A stretch of DNA of 64,000 bases from Desulfuromonadales bacterium (GTDB lineage Bacteria; Desulfobacterota; Desulfuromonadia; Desulfuromonadales; JAWOCM01). Shown piece by piece: positions 35,477 through 44,118 of the stretch. The DNA is taken from positions 203 to 64,202 of the forward strand of contig JAWOCM010000053.1 in NCBI GenBank assembly GCA_046483795.1, written 5' to 3'. The stretch's first letter is position 1; each line of letters opens with the position of its first letter. Both the position numbers and the translations under genes were made by a program. The notes below the pieces were generated by a model. That model ran no database searches, was not told the DNA's origin, and saw only the letters and a list, made by a program, of their open reading frames with translations.

Positions 35477-36178
35477 ATGGAATCGCTCTTTATCACACTG
35501 ACTCAGGCGGTCACCGGCACGCCGCTCGTTGCCCTCTCCGCTGCCCTGGCCTGGGGCGTCTTGAGCGTGATTCTCTCCCCCTGTCACTTGGCGAGCATCC
35601 CCCTTATCGTCGGCTTCATCGACGGCCAGGGACAGATGACCACCCGCCGCGCTTTCGTCATCTCCACTCTTTTCGCCGTCGGCATCCTCATCACCATTGC
35701 AGTGATAGGGGTGATCACCGCAGCGGCAGGGCGCATGATGGGCGATATCGGCGCATGGGGCAACCGGATGGTGGCCGCGATCTTCTTCCTGGTCGGACTT
35801 CACCTGCTGGACGTCATCCCCATGCCCTGGTCGGGAGCCGGGAAGGTCGGAATGGTCCGCAAAGGGATGCTGGCCGCCTTCCTGCTCGGACTGATCTTCG
35901 GCATCGCCCTGGGACCCTGCACATTCGCCTACATGGCGCCGATGCTCGGGGTCGCCTTCGGCCTCGCTGCGGAGGACATGCTCTACGGCGCCTCCCTTCT
36001 GCTCGCGTACGGTATCGGTCACTGCGCCGTGATCGTCCTCGCCGGCACCTTCACCGAAGTGATCCAGCACTACCTCGACTGGAACGAGCGCTCCCGGGGA
36101 GCCGTGGTGCTGAAGAGGATCTGCGGTATACTGGTCATTGCCGGAGGGGTGTGGATGCTCTATACGGCACCGGTCTGA
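35477..36178 (+). CDS. ccdA: CcdA/DsbD-type transmembrane thiol-disulfide electron transporter
   Basis: 233 aa, about 6 TM segments, with conserved membrane Cys residues in SPCHLASIP and LGPCTFAY. Confidence 0.85.
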   Translation: MESLFITLTQAVTGTPLVALSAALAWGVLSVILSPCHLASIPLIVGFIDGQGQMTTRRAFVISTLFAVGILITIAVIGVITAAAGRMMGDIGAWGNRMVAAIFFLVGLHLLDVIPMPWSGAGKVGMVRKGMLAAFLLGLIFGIALGPCTFAYMAPMLGVAFGLAAEDMLYGASLLLAYGIGHCAVIVLAGTFTEVIQHYLDWNERSRGAVVLKRICGILVIAGGVWMLYTAPV

Positions 36179-36262
36179 CGCAACCCTGTGTACCGAGAGA
36201 TGTTCCTAGGCCGAGACTTTTTCTTGACCGCCGTCTCCATCTTGCCTAGAGTTTCCACCATC

Positions 36263-36874
36263 ATGCAAAATCCACACACTGAATCAAAGCCGATGGCTCC
36301 ATACAGCAACGTCACAGGCGTCATCCTGGCAGGTGGTAAAAGCTCGCGCATGGGACATGACAAGGCGATTCTGGAGATCGATGGCATCTCCTTCTTCGAG
36401 AAAACGGCTGCGGTATTTCGCTCCATTTTTTCGCGGGTCCTCATCGCTGGAAACCGCCCGGATCTCGCCGGACCCGATCTGGCCTATATCCCGGATCGGT
36501 ACCCGGGCAGCGCGCTGGGCGGAATTTACACCGGCCTTGCCGAAGCCGGAACATCCTTTGTTTTCGTCGGTCCGTGCGATCTGCCTTTTCCCCGGCCGGA
36601 ACTGATTCGGGTGCTTCTTGATCAACGATTCGGCTACGATGTGGTCGTTCCTCGTACAGCAAAGGGTCTGGAGCCGGTTTTCGCCGTTTACGGTCGAAAC
36701 TGCCTCGCGCCGATGCGGGAGATGCTGGAAAGAAATCATTATCGGATCTATGATTTGTTCCCCCGCGTGCGAACCCGCGAAATTGATGTCACGGATTTTC
36801 CTGAAGACTGGGAGCAGTCTTTGTGGAATGTCAATACGCGGGAAGATTATCAACGGCTGCGGCACCAAAACTGA
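36263..36874 (+). CDS. mobA: Molybdenum cofactor guanylyltransferase MobA
   Basis: Nucleotide-binding loop VTGVILAGGKSSRMGHDKA. The start is set at ATG 36263 (MQNPHTES). Confidence 0.85.
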   Translation: MQNPHTESKPMAPYSNVTGVILAGGKSSRMGHDKAILEIDGISFFEKTAAVFRSIFSRVLIAGNRPDLAGPDLAYIPDRYPGSALGGIYTGLAEAGTSFVFVGPCDLPFPRPELIRVLLDQRFGYDVVVPRTAKGLEPVFAVYGRNCLAPMREMLERNHYRIYDLFPRVRTREIDVTDFPEDWEQSLWNVNTREDYQRLRHQN

Positions 36875-36966
36875 CCGAGGCCACTGGCAAGGATCGGCTG
36901 ACGGCGGAGCAAGACGACCCGAAAGAACCCGGATTGAAAAGACGCCCCGAGGAGGACAATAAAAAG

Positions 36967-37824
36967 GTGCGACGGATCTGTGGCTGTGCAAAAAAGATAT
37001 CATTCGTACTGCCGGTGCTGGTCGGTCTCATTCTCCTTCTGTCTCCTGCGATTCCGGCGGTTGCCGGGTCGGACATCGTCGTGTTTGCCGGATCCGCCTC
37101 GCAGCCGCCCCTTGAGGAGGCTGCCGCAAAATTCCGCAAAGAGACTGGCACCCGCGTGGCTCTGCACTTCGGCGGCTCCGGGGCCATGCTCAACCAGGCC
37201 CGGTTGACCGGCCAGGGCGATCTCTATATCCCGGGATCCCCCGACTACATGGAAAAGGCACGGGAATTGGGAGTGGTCGAGGATGAGAGGAGCATCATCG
37301 CCTATCTTGTACCGGCGATTATTGTCGAAAAGGGCAATCCCCAGAAGATCGCCGGGTTGGGAGACCTGGAAAGGAAAGGGCTGAGGGTGGGGCTTGCGGA
37401 CCCCGACGGGGTCTGCGTCGGCCTCTATGCGGTGGAGATCCTAGAGGCCAGCGGAATGCTGGACAGCATACGCCCCAACCTCAGGGGTATGGTCGAGAGC
37501 TGCGCCAAAGCTGCGGCCATGATCCCTCTGAGCCTTGTGGATGCCGTAGTGGGCTGGCGCGAATTTGCCGCATGGAACCCCCGGAGTATGGAGCCGGTCC
37601 TCCTCGCCCCCGATGAGATCCCCCGCCTGGCGTATATCCCTGCCGCCGTGCTGCGACATGCGAAGAACCGACCCGAAGCGAAGAGGTTTATCACATTTCT
37701 GGAATCGGATGAGGGACAGGCGATTTTCACAAAGTGGGGGTATATAACGAAGAAGAGCGCTGCACTGGAATTTGCCCCCGGGGCTCGCATCGGCGGAAGC
37801 TATACCCTTCCGGAAGGCCTGTAA
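36967..37824 (+). CDS. Periplasmic substrate-binding protein of a molybdate/tungstate-type ABC transporter
   Basis: Signal peptide ISFVLPVLVGLILLLSPAIPAVAG, followed by a ModA/WtpA-like class II SBP (VFAGSASQPPLEEAAAKF...HFGGSGAM). The start is inferred as GTG 36967, after GGAGGA. Oxyanion specificity is not determinable by eye. Confidence 0.7.
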   Translation: MRRICGCAKKISFVLPVLVGLILLLSPAIPAVAGSDIVVFAGSASQPPLEEAAAKFRKETGTRVALHFGGSGAMLNQARLTGQGDLYIPGSPDYMEKARELGVVEDERSIIAYLVPAIIVEKGNPQKIAGLGDLERKGLRVGLADPDGVCVGLYAVEILEASGMLDSIRPNLRGMVESCAKAAAMIPLSLVDAVVGWREFAAWNPRSMEPVLLAPDEIPRLAYIPAAVLRHAKNRPEAKRFITFLESDEGQAIFTKWGYITKKSAALEFAPGARIGGSYTLPEGL

Positions 37825-38609
37825 TGCTGACCCGCGATAATATCTTCAAAATCGCAATGCTTTTCCCTCTGGCTATCCTCACCGGCTATTTCCTGCTGCT
37901 GATCGCCAGCCAATCCGCGTTTTTCAGCCTTTCCGGTTTCATCGGGCAGCTCTCGGAGGCTGATGTCCGTTCGGCGATCGGCTTGAGCCTGATCGCCGCG
38001 ACCGCCAGCAGCGCCATTGCCGTGACCGTGGCAATCCCCTCGGCCTACGCGCTGGCCCGCATCGATTTCCCCGGCAAACGGCTGGTCGACACCTTCATCG
38101 ACCTGCCGATGGTTCTGACGCCGATCGCCCTGGGCACCCTGATCCTCATGTCGTGGAACACCAGAGCCGGAGAGATCCTCTCGAGCATCGGCTTGACCCT
38201 GCCCTTCACCCTGAGCGGCGTCATTCTCGCCCAGTTCACGGTCGTGGTCGCCATCAGCGTGCGCATGCTCAAAACGACTTTCGAGCAGATCAACCCGCGG
38301 CAGGAGCAGGTCGCACGTCTTCTCGGCTGCTCCACCTTCGGAAGCTTTTTTCACGTGACCCTTCCGCTGGCCAAAGGAGGCATCCTGGCTGCGATTATCC
38401 TGACGTGGGCCCGTGCCGTCGGTGAATTCGGCGCCACTGTCATGGTCGCCGGCACGGCCAAGGGACAGACTGCCACCCTGCCGAGCAGCATCTATCTGGC
38501 GATGTCGATGGCGGATCTGCCGCGGGCCGTCGCCCTGGTCGTGATCCTGATCGCCATCTCCCTGCTGGTGCTTTTCGGCGTGCGAATGGCCCTCGAGGAC
38601 AGGCCATGA
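37824..38609 (+). CDS. ABC transporter permease, ModB/CysTW-like
   Basis: 261 aa from MLTRDNIF, about 5-6 TM segments, with the EAA-type loop ARAVGEFGATVMVAG. The start overlaps the SBP stop. Confidence 0.85.
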   Translation: MLTRDNIFKIAMLFPLAILTGYFLLLIASQSAFFSLSGFIGQLSEADVRSAIGLSLIAATASSAIAVTVAIPSAYALARIDFPGKRLVDTFIDLPMVLTPIALGTLILMSWNTRAGEILSSIGLTLPFTLSGVILAQFTVVVAISVRMLKTTFEQINPRQEQVARLLGCSTFGSFFHVTLPLAKGGILAAIILTWARAVGEFGATVMVAGTAKGQTATLPSSIYLAMSMADLPRAVALVVILIAISLLVLFGVRMALEDRP

Positions 38610-39742
38610 TCAGGGTGGAACGACTCGTCGCGCACAGGGGGGATTTCACCCTGGGACCGATCGACTTCGACCTCGGGGAAAGCTCCTATCTGACGCTGCT
38701 TGGCCCCTCCGGCGCCGGCAAGACCGTTTTCGTGGAAGCCTGCATGGGTCTTTTATCGACCTCAAGCGGACAAGTCTGGCTCGATGGGAGGGATGTCACT
38801 CGCATCCCCCCGGAAAACCGTCACATCTCCTACCTTCCGCAGGATCTGGCCCTGTTTCCCCATCTCAGTGTTCGCGAGAATATCCTTTTCGGCGCGAAAC
38901 GCCGTCGAATGAATGAAAAACAGGTTGGACCCCGTCTCTCCGACCTCGTTGCCCTTCTGGATCTGGAAAACCTCCTCGATCGCCCGGACGTAACCACCCT
39001 CTCGGGCGGAGAGAAGCAGCGCGTTGCGCTGGCCAGAGCATTGATGCCTGAACCCCGCCTGTTGTTTCTCGATGAGCCCTTTTCAGCACTGGATGCAACG
39101 ATCAAGCGGCAACTGCAGATCAAGCTGAGAGAAATCAGCAGGCAGCTGGGCGTCACGATCCTCCATGTCACCCACGACCAGGAGGAGGCCTTCATGCTGG
39201 GAGAGCGGATCGCGGTGATGATTCGGGGTCAGTTCCTGCAGATCGGCGACCGGGACGACATCTACTATCGGCCAGCCACCCTGGACGTTGCGCGCTTCCT
39301 TCGCAATCAGAACATATTCGAGTTGACTGTCGAAGAGGTTCTGGCGGATGGCTCCCTGCGACTCGGTGACGGGACGTTCGCCATCCTGGCCCCGGCCTAT
39401 TCCGGCGCAGAGAGAGGCCAGCGAGTCGCGGCAGGGATCCGCTCGGAGGAAGTGGTCATCATCCGGCCCAACAAGCCTCTCGGGCCCGAGTTGCAGGAGA
39501 ATCTGTTTGAGGCGAGCGTGGAGGATGCACTCGTCTTCGGCGGCACACATTCCCTTTGCCTGGCCCTGGAGGGTAGCGACATCATGGTCGACGTAGAGTT
39601 GCCGAACTGCGCCATGCGCGATCTGGGCTACCTTGTAGGAGATACACTACAGATTTGTTTAAGAAAAAGCAGCCTCTGGACTATCCGGGCTGAGACTGAC
39701 AGGATTGTTCATTCGGGAAAGGATCACCATGATAAGCTATGA
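38606..39742 (+). CDS. ABC transporter ATP-binding protein with C-terminal TOBE-like domain, ModC-like
   Basis: Walker A GPSGAGKT, signature LSGGEKQRVALARAL, Walker B LLFLDEP. The C-terminal ~120 aa are beta-rich (TOBE/Mop-like). Confidence 0.9.
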   Translation: MIRVERLVAHRGDFTLGPIDFDLGESSYLTLLGPSGAGKTVFVEACMGLLSTSSGQVWLDGRDVTRIPPENRHISYLPQDLALFPHLSVRENILFGAKRRRMNEKQVGPRLSDLVALLDLENLLDRPDVTTLSGGEKQRVALARALMPEPRLLFLDEPFSALDATIKRQLQIKLREISRQLGVTILHVTHDQEEAFMLGERIAVMIRGQFLQIGDRDDIYYRPATLDVARFLRNQNIFELTVEEVLADGSLRLGDGTFAILAPAYSGAERGQRVAAGIRSEEVVIIRPNKPLGPELQENLFEASVEDALVFGGTHSLCLALEGSDIMVDVELPNCAMRDLGYLVGDTLQICLRKSSLWTIRAETDRIVHSGKDHHDKL

Positions 39743-40916
39743 CGATGCCCTGCAAAGGGTGATCGAAACCGTCTCTTCCTTGCCACCCGTCGAGGTCTCC
39801 CTCTGCGAAGCGGCGGGGCTGGTTTTGTCCTCTCCTGCAGCGTCCCGCTGGGATCTTCCGCGCGATGACAACTCGGCCATGGACGGCTTCGCCATCGAAG
39901 CTTCCGCCGAAGAGCTTGACGAAGGGCTCACGATCATCGGGGCATCCTACGCCGGCCATCCTTTCAGCGGTGACGTACAGGAAGGTCAAACGGTCCGCAT
40001 CACCACAGGCGCTGTGCTGCCCCGAGGGACTGACACTGTCGTTCCGATCGAAGATGTCGAGGAAAAAAACGGGCGCGTCTTTCCGGCCACGGAACCGAAA
40101 ACCGGTCAACACGTGCGTTACCGCGGGGAGGAGGTTCACTGCGGCGACAATTTGATTGACTCGGGCACAACGCTTCAGGCCGGCGAGATAGCTTTGCTGG
40201 CAAGCGCAGGCGTCGAACGGGTCAGTGTGTTTCCGCGGCCCCGGGTTGCTGTCATTCCAACGGGAGACGAGCTTCTCGAAATCGGCCAGAAGCCCGGCCC
40301 CGGGCAGATCATCAACTCCAACCTCTATTTCTTGCAAACCCGCCTGCGCGAGTGCGGCTGCACACCCGTCTGTGCCGGTATCGGTGCCGATGACCCGGCG
40401 ACGCTCGACCAACTTATCGAGCAGTCCCTTGATGCCGACATCATCATATCCACAGGCGGCGTATCGGTCGGAGACAAAGACCATGTCCAGGCGACCCTGA
40501 ACCAGCAGGATTTCACAAAAGTATTCTGGAGGGTTGCCATCAAACCCGGGAAGCCCCTCCTTTTCGGCCTTTTGGAGGGCAAACCCTATTTCGGGCTTCC
40601 CGGCAACCCGGCAGCGACTGCTGCAACTTTCGAGTTGTTCGTCAAGCCGGCCCTGAGAAAGCTGGCCGGACATCCCGAAATCCTTCCGGAAAAACGCGAG
40701 GCGCTCCTGAAAAATGATGCCGATGGCAACAGCCAGCGGCAGGCATTTCTCTGGAGCCGCCTGGAATGGGGCGACAACGGTTATGAGGTCACTGTTCCCC
40801 GGCGCCAGGGCTCCGGCCAGAATCGCTGCCTGACAGCAACAAATGCCCTTCTTCCGGTCCCCGCCGGCATCGACAAAATCGATGCCGGAGAGAAGGTCGA
40901 GGTTTTCCTGTTGTAG
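39729..40916 (+). CDS. moeA: Molybdopterin molybdotransferase MoeA
   Basis: 395 aa from MISYDDALQRV. NSAMDGFA and the PTGDEL...GGVSVGDKD motifs. The start overlaps the end of the ATPase gene. Confidence 0.92.
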   Translation: MISYDDALQRVIETVSSLPPVEVSLCEAAGLVLSSPAASRWDLPRDDNSAMDGFAIEASAEELDEGLTIIGASYAGHPFSGDVQEGQTVRITTGAVLPRGTDTVVPIEDVEEKNGRVFPATEPKTGQHVRYRGEEVHCGDNLIDSGTTLQAGEIALLASAGVERVSVFPRPRVAVIPTGDELLEIGQKPGPGQIINSNLYFLQTRLRECGCTPVCAGIGADDPATLDQLIEQSLDADIIISTGGVSVGDKDHVQATLNQQDFTKVFWRVAIKPGKPLLFGLLEGKPYFGLPGNPAATAATFELFVKPALRKLAGHPEILPEKREALLKNDADGNSQRQAFLWSRLEWGDNGYEVTVPRRQGSGQNRCLTATNALLPVPAGIDKIDAGEKVEVFLL

Positions 40917-40940
40917 AAAAAGCTTTATTCGACTGACAGA

Positions 40941-40974
40941 CCGGGGCCTCCCTTCGAACAAAGGGAGGCCCCGG
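40941..40974. terminator. Perfect 14-bp hairpin between convergent moeA and czcA (possible bidirectional terminator)
   Basis: CCGGGGCCTCCCTT-cgaaca-AAGGGAGGCCCCGG. There is no clear U-tract on either side, so intrinsic-terminator status is uncertain. Confidence 0.5.
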
Positions 40975-40992
40975 CGACCAACCATGCTTCAA

Positions 40993-43900
40993 TCAGTTTT
41001 CAATTCCCGCACGATGCTTTCTGGCGGTTCTGTCGCCGATCAAAAGATAGAGCGAGGGCAGAACGAAGAGGGTCAGCACCGTGGAGGTGAGTACTCCTCC
41101 GACCACCACCGTGGCGAGAGGCCGCTGGACCTCGGCTCCGACCCCGACCGACACGGCCATCGGCAGAAAACCCACTGCATCGGTAACCGCGGTAGCCAGT
41201 ACGGGCACCAGACGCTGCCTCGCCGCCCCGGTGACCGCCTCGAAAAGGGGCAAACCCTCCCCAAGCAGACCGCGAATGGCCGACACCAGCACCTGGCCGT
41301 TAAGCACCGCTATGCCGGAAAGAGCGATAAAACCGATGGCAGCACTGACACTGAATGGAATGTCCCGCAGGTAAAGGGCAACAATCCCGCCGACGGCCGC
41401 CAGAGGGATGCCCGTATAGATGATCAGCACGTCGCGCAGACGTTTCAGACTGAAATAGAGAAGAAAGAAGATCAGCAGCAACGTCAGCGGGACAACCACC
41501 ATCAGCCGCTTCTGGGAGCGCTCCAGATTTTCGAACTGCCCGCCCCATTCGATCATGTACCCTTCGGGCAGCTCGACCTCCTGATTGATCTTCGTCCTGG
41601 CTTCGGCAACAAACGAGGCGATGTCCCGGTCTCTGACATTGACCTGGACTTTCACCAGGCGACGTCCCCATTCCCGGTTGATGGTCGAGGGCCGATCGAC
41701 CTGGCGCACTTCTGCAAGGCTCTCGAGGGGGATAGTCCCCCCGCTCCGCGTTGCCACCAGGGTCTCTGCGAGAATGTCCGGGTCGTGACGCTGGGCTTCC
41801 GGCAGGCGCAGCACGAGGGGGAAGGACCGCTCCCCCTCGAATACCTCCCCCACCCTGGGCGTGCCCACTGCGGCGACCATGTCGAGCACCTCCTTCGCCG
41901 CCACGCCGTGGCGGGCTAGAGCCTGGCGGTCGACCTCGATCTGGAGTGTCGGCTGGCCGGTAATCTGTTCCACTGCCACGTCGGAGGATCCCTGGACCTC
42001 CAGAAGGGCATGTTCCACCTGCCCGCCCAGATCGACGAGTTCATCGAAATCCTCACCGTAAATCTTGATGCCCACGTCGCCCCGAATCCCCGACAGCATC
42101 TCGTTCACCCGCAGTTCGATAGGCTGGGTCAGGACGGTCCGGATCCCCGGCAGGCCGTGCAATGCCTTCTCGACCTTCTCTGTCAGATCGGCCTGACTTT
42201 CCGCCCTGCTCCACTGATCCTTGGGGTGCAGGCTCATGAAGATATCGGTCAGCTCTGTTCCCATGGGGTCGGTCGCCACTTCGGCACTGCCCAGACGGCT
42301 CCACACATGGCGGAGCTCGTCGGGAAACTCCTCCAGCAGAAGTTCCTCCATCCGGGTATTGTAGGCGACCGACTCATCGACCGAAACCCCCGCAAGGCGA
42401 ACGACGCTGACCACCAGCGAGCCCTCGGAGAGGCGCGGCAGAAATTCGCCGCCCAAACGGAAACTGAGAATCGTCGCCGCCACCAGGATCAGGGCGACCG
42501 CACCGAGAAAAACGCGGCGCCACTGCAGAACCTTTTGCAGAAGAGCCCCATAGAAATTCTTCAGCCAGCCGTCGGCTCTGCGCTCACGCACTTTGAGATT
42601 CTTCGGCAGGAAATGGAAAGAGAGAACAGGAGCAAGGAAGACGGCGACCAGCAGCGCTCCGACCAGAGCGAAGATAAAGGTCCAGGCCATCGGCTTGAAC
42701 ATCTTCCCTTCGACGCCCTGCAGGGTGAGCACCGGCAGAAAGACAAGCACGATGATCCCCATGCCGAAGACGATCGGCCGTACCACCTCCTGGCTGGAGG
42801 CCAGGATGGTGTCGAACCGCTCGGCAACACTCAAAGGCCGGTTCAGTTGCATCTGGCGTTCTGTCAACCGCCTCAGGTTCGCCTCTGTCATAACCACCGA
42901 CCCGTCGACCAGTATGCCGAAATCGATAGCTCCCAGGGAGAGCAGACTCGCTGCGATGCCCATCTCCTGCATTCCCAGGGCGGCGAAGAGCATGGCCATG
43001 GGTATGGTCGCGGCCACCAGCAGCCCGGCCCGCAGGTTGCCCAGAAGCAGGAAGAGAACTGCCACGACCAGGAGAGCTCCAGCCGTCAGATTATGGGTGA
43101 CCGTCTGGATGACCTGATCGATCAGTTCCGTTCGGTCGTAGACCGTCTCCAGGATCACATCTTCGGGAAGGGTCTCCTTCACCCGCTCCAGGGCATTCTT
43201 CAGGTCGGTGGTGACTTCCCGGCTGTTCTCGCCCATGAGCATAAAGCCCAGCCCCAGAACGACCTCCCCATTGCCTCCGGCGGACACAGCGCCGCGACGA
43301 AGTTCATGACCGATGCCGACTTCCGCCACGTCACTGACCAGAACCGGTGCTCCCTCATAGGCGGATATGACGATATCGGATATCTGCTGAACGGAGGAGA
43401 CCCGCCCCAGACCGTGCACCAGAAGAGTCTGGCCGCCGGTCACAACCTGGCCTCCTCCGACGTTCGCATTGTTTTCACGCAGAGCGGTGGCGACGTCATC
43501 GTAGGTCAGACCGTACTCCACCAGCGAATCGGGCGAGACGATGACGTGATACTGCTTTTCCTTTCCGCCCCAGGAGTTGACCTCCGCCACTCCCGAGACC
43601 TTGCGCAGCTCCGGCTTGACGACCCAGTCGTGCATGGTGCGCAGTTCGGCCAGGCTACGTTCGGGATTCTCTGAGCGCAGCACATAATGAAACACCTCGC
43701 CGAGACCCGTGGAGATCGGTCCCAGTTCGGGACGCTCGATCCCCTGGGGCAGCTTGACGCTCGCCAGTCGCTCCATGATGAGTTGGCGCGAATCGAGTAT
43801 GGCCATCTCATCCTCGAAGGTCGCCACCACCTGGGAGAGGCCGAACTTGGAGATGGACCGGACATGGACCAGGCCGGGAAGTCCTGAAACGGCGAGCTCC

Positions 43901-44106
43901 ACAGGCAGCGAGATCTGTGTTTCGATTTCTTCCGGGCCCAGAGAGGGGGCGGTGGTGTTGATCTGAACCTGGACCGGAGTTGTATCGGGAAAAGCATCGA
44001 CCGGCAGACGCAGAAGTCCCCAGAGACCTGCCCCGAAGGCGACGAGAAACAACAGGACGACCAGCAAGCGGTTGCGTAATGCAACCTCTATCATTTTTTC
44101 CAACAT
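40993..44106 (-). CDS. czcA: Heavy-metal efflux RND pump, CzcA/CusA family
   Basis: 1037 aa. MLEKMIEVALRNRLLVVLLFLVAFGAGLWGLLRLPVDAFPDTTPVQVQINT is the typical HME-RND N-terminus. Metal specificity was not determined. Confidence 0.92.
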   Translation of the reverse strand: MLEKMIEVALRNRLLVVLLFLVAFGAGLWGLLRLPVDAFPDTTPVQVQINTTAPSLGPEEIETQISLPVELAVSGLPGLVHVRSISKFGLSQVVATFEDEMAILDSRQLIMERLASVKLPQGIERPELGPISTGLGEVFHYVLRSENPERSLAELRTMHDWVVKPELRKVSGVAEVNSWGGKEKQYHVIVSPDSLVEYGLTYDDVATALRENNANVGGGQVVTGGQTLLVHGLGRVSSVQQISDIVISAYEGAPVLVSDVAEVGIGHELRRGAVSAGGNGEVVLGLGFMLMGENSREVTTDLKNALERVKETLPEDVILETVYDRTELIDQVIQTVTHNLTAGALLVVAVLFLLLGNLRAGLLVAATIPMAMLFAALGMQEMGIAASLLSLGAIDFGILVDGSVVMTEANLRRLTERQMQLNRPLSVAERFDTILASSQEVVRPIVFGMGIIVLVFLPVLTLQGVEGKMFKPMAWTFIFALVGALLVAVFLAPVLSFHFLPKNLKVRERRADGWLKNFYGALLQKVLQWRRVFLGAVALILVAATILSFRLGGEFLPRLSEGSLVVSVVRLAGVSVDESVAYNTRMEELLLEEFPDELRHVWSRLGSAEVATDPMGTELTDIFMSLHPKDQWSRAESQADLTEKVEKALHGLPGIRTVLTQPIELRVNEMLSGIRGDVGIKIYGEDFDELVDLGGQVEHALLEVQGSSDVAVEQITGQPTLQIEVDRQALARHGVAAKEVLDMVAAVGTPRVGEVFEGERSFPLVLRLPEAQRHDPDILAETLVATRSGGTIPLESLAEVRQVDRPSTINREWGRRLVKVQVNVRDRDIASFVAEARTKINQEVELPEGYMIEWGGQFENLERSQKRLMVVVPLTLLLIFFLLYFSLKRLRDVLIIYTGIPLAAVGGIVALYLRDIPFSVSAAIGFIALSGIAVLNGQVLVSAIRGLLGEGLPLFEAVTGAARQRLVPVLATAVTDAVGFLPMAVSVGVGAEVQRPLATVVVGGVLTSTVLTLFVLPSLYLLIGDRTARKHRAGIEN

Positions 44107-44118
44107 GGACGTCCCTCC

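Noticed and set aside
30101-36070. A chain of long minus-strand ORFs (708, 463, 488 and 439 aa) opposite gapdh, arsJ, acr3, the permease and ccdA.
   Set aside because: This is the same shadow-frame effect. All are Arg/Gly/Asp/Pro-rich with no motifs. The plus-strand genes have clear family signatures, RBSs and tight operon spacing.
36179-36262. A possible Moco riboswitch upstream of mobA.
   Set aside because: Only a 6-bp CTAGGC/GCCTAG stem is visible. I could not find the conserved Moco-motif blocks as I remember them. This needs a covariance-model scan before any claim.
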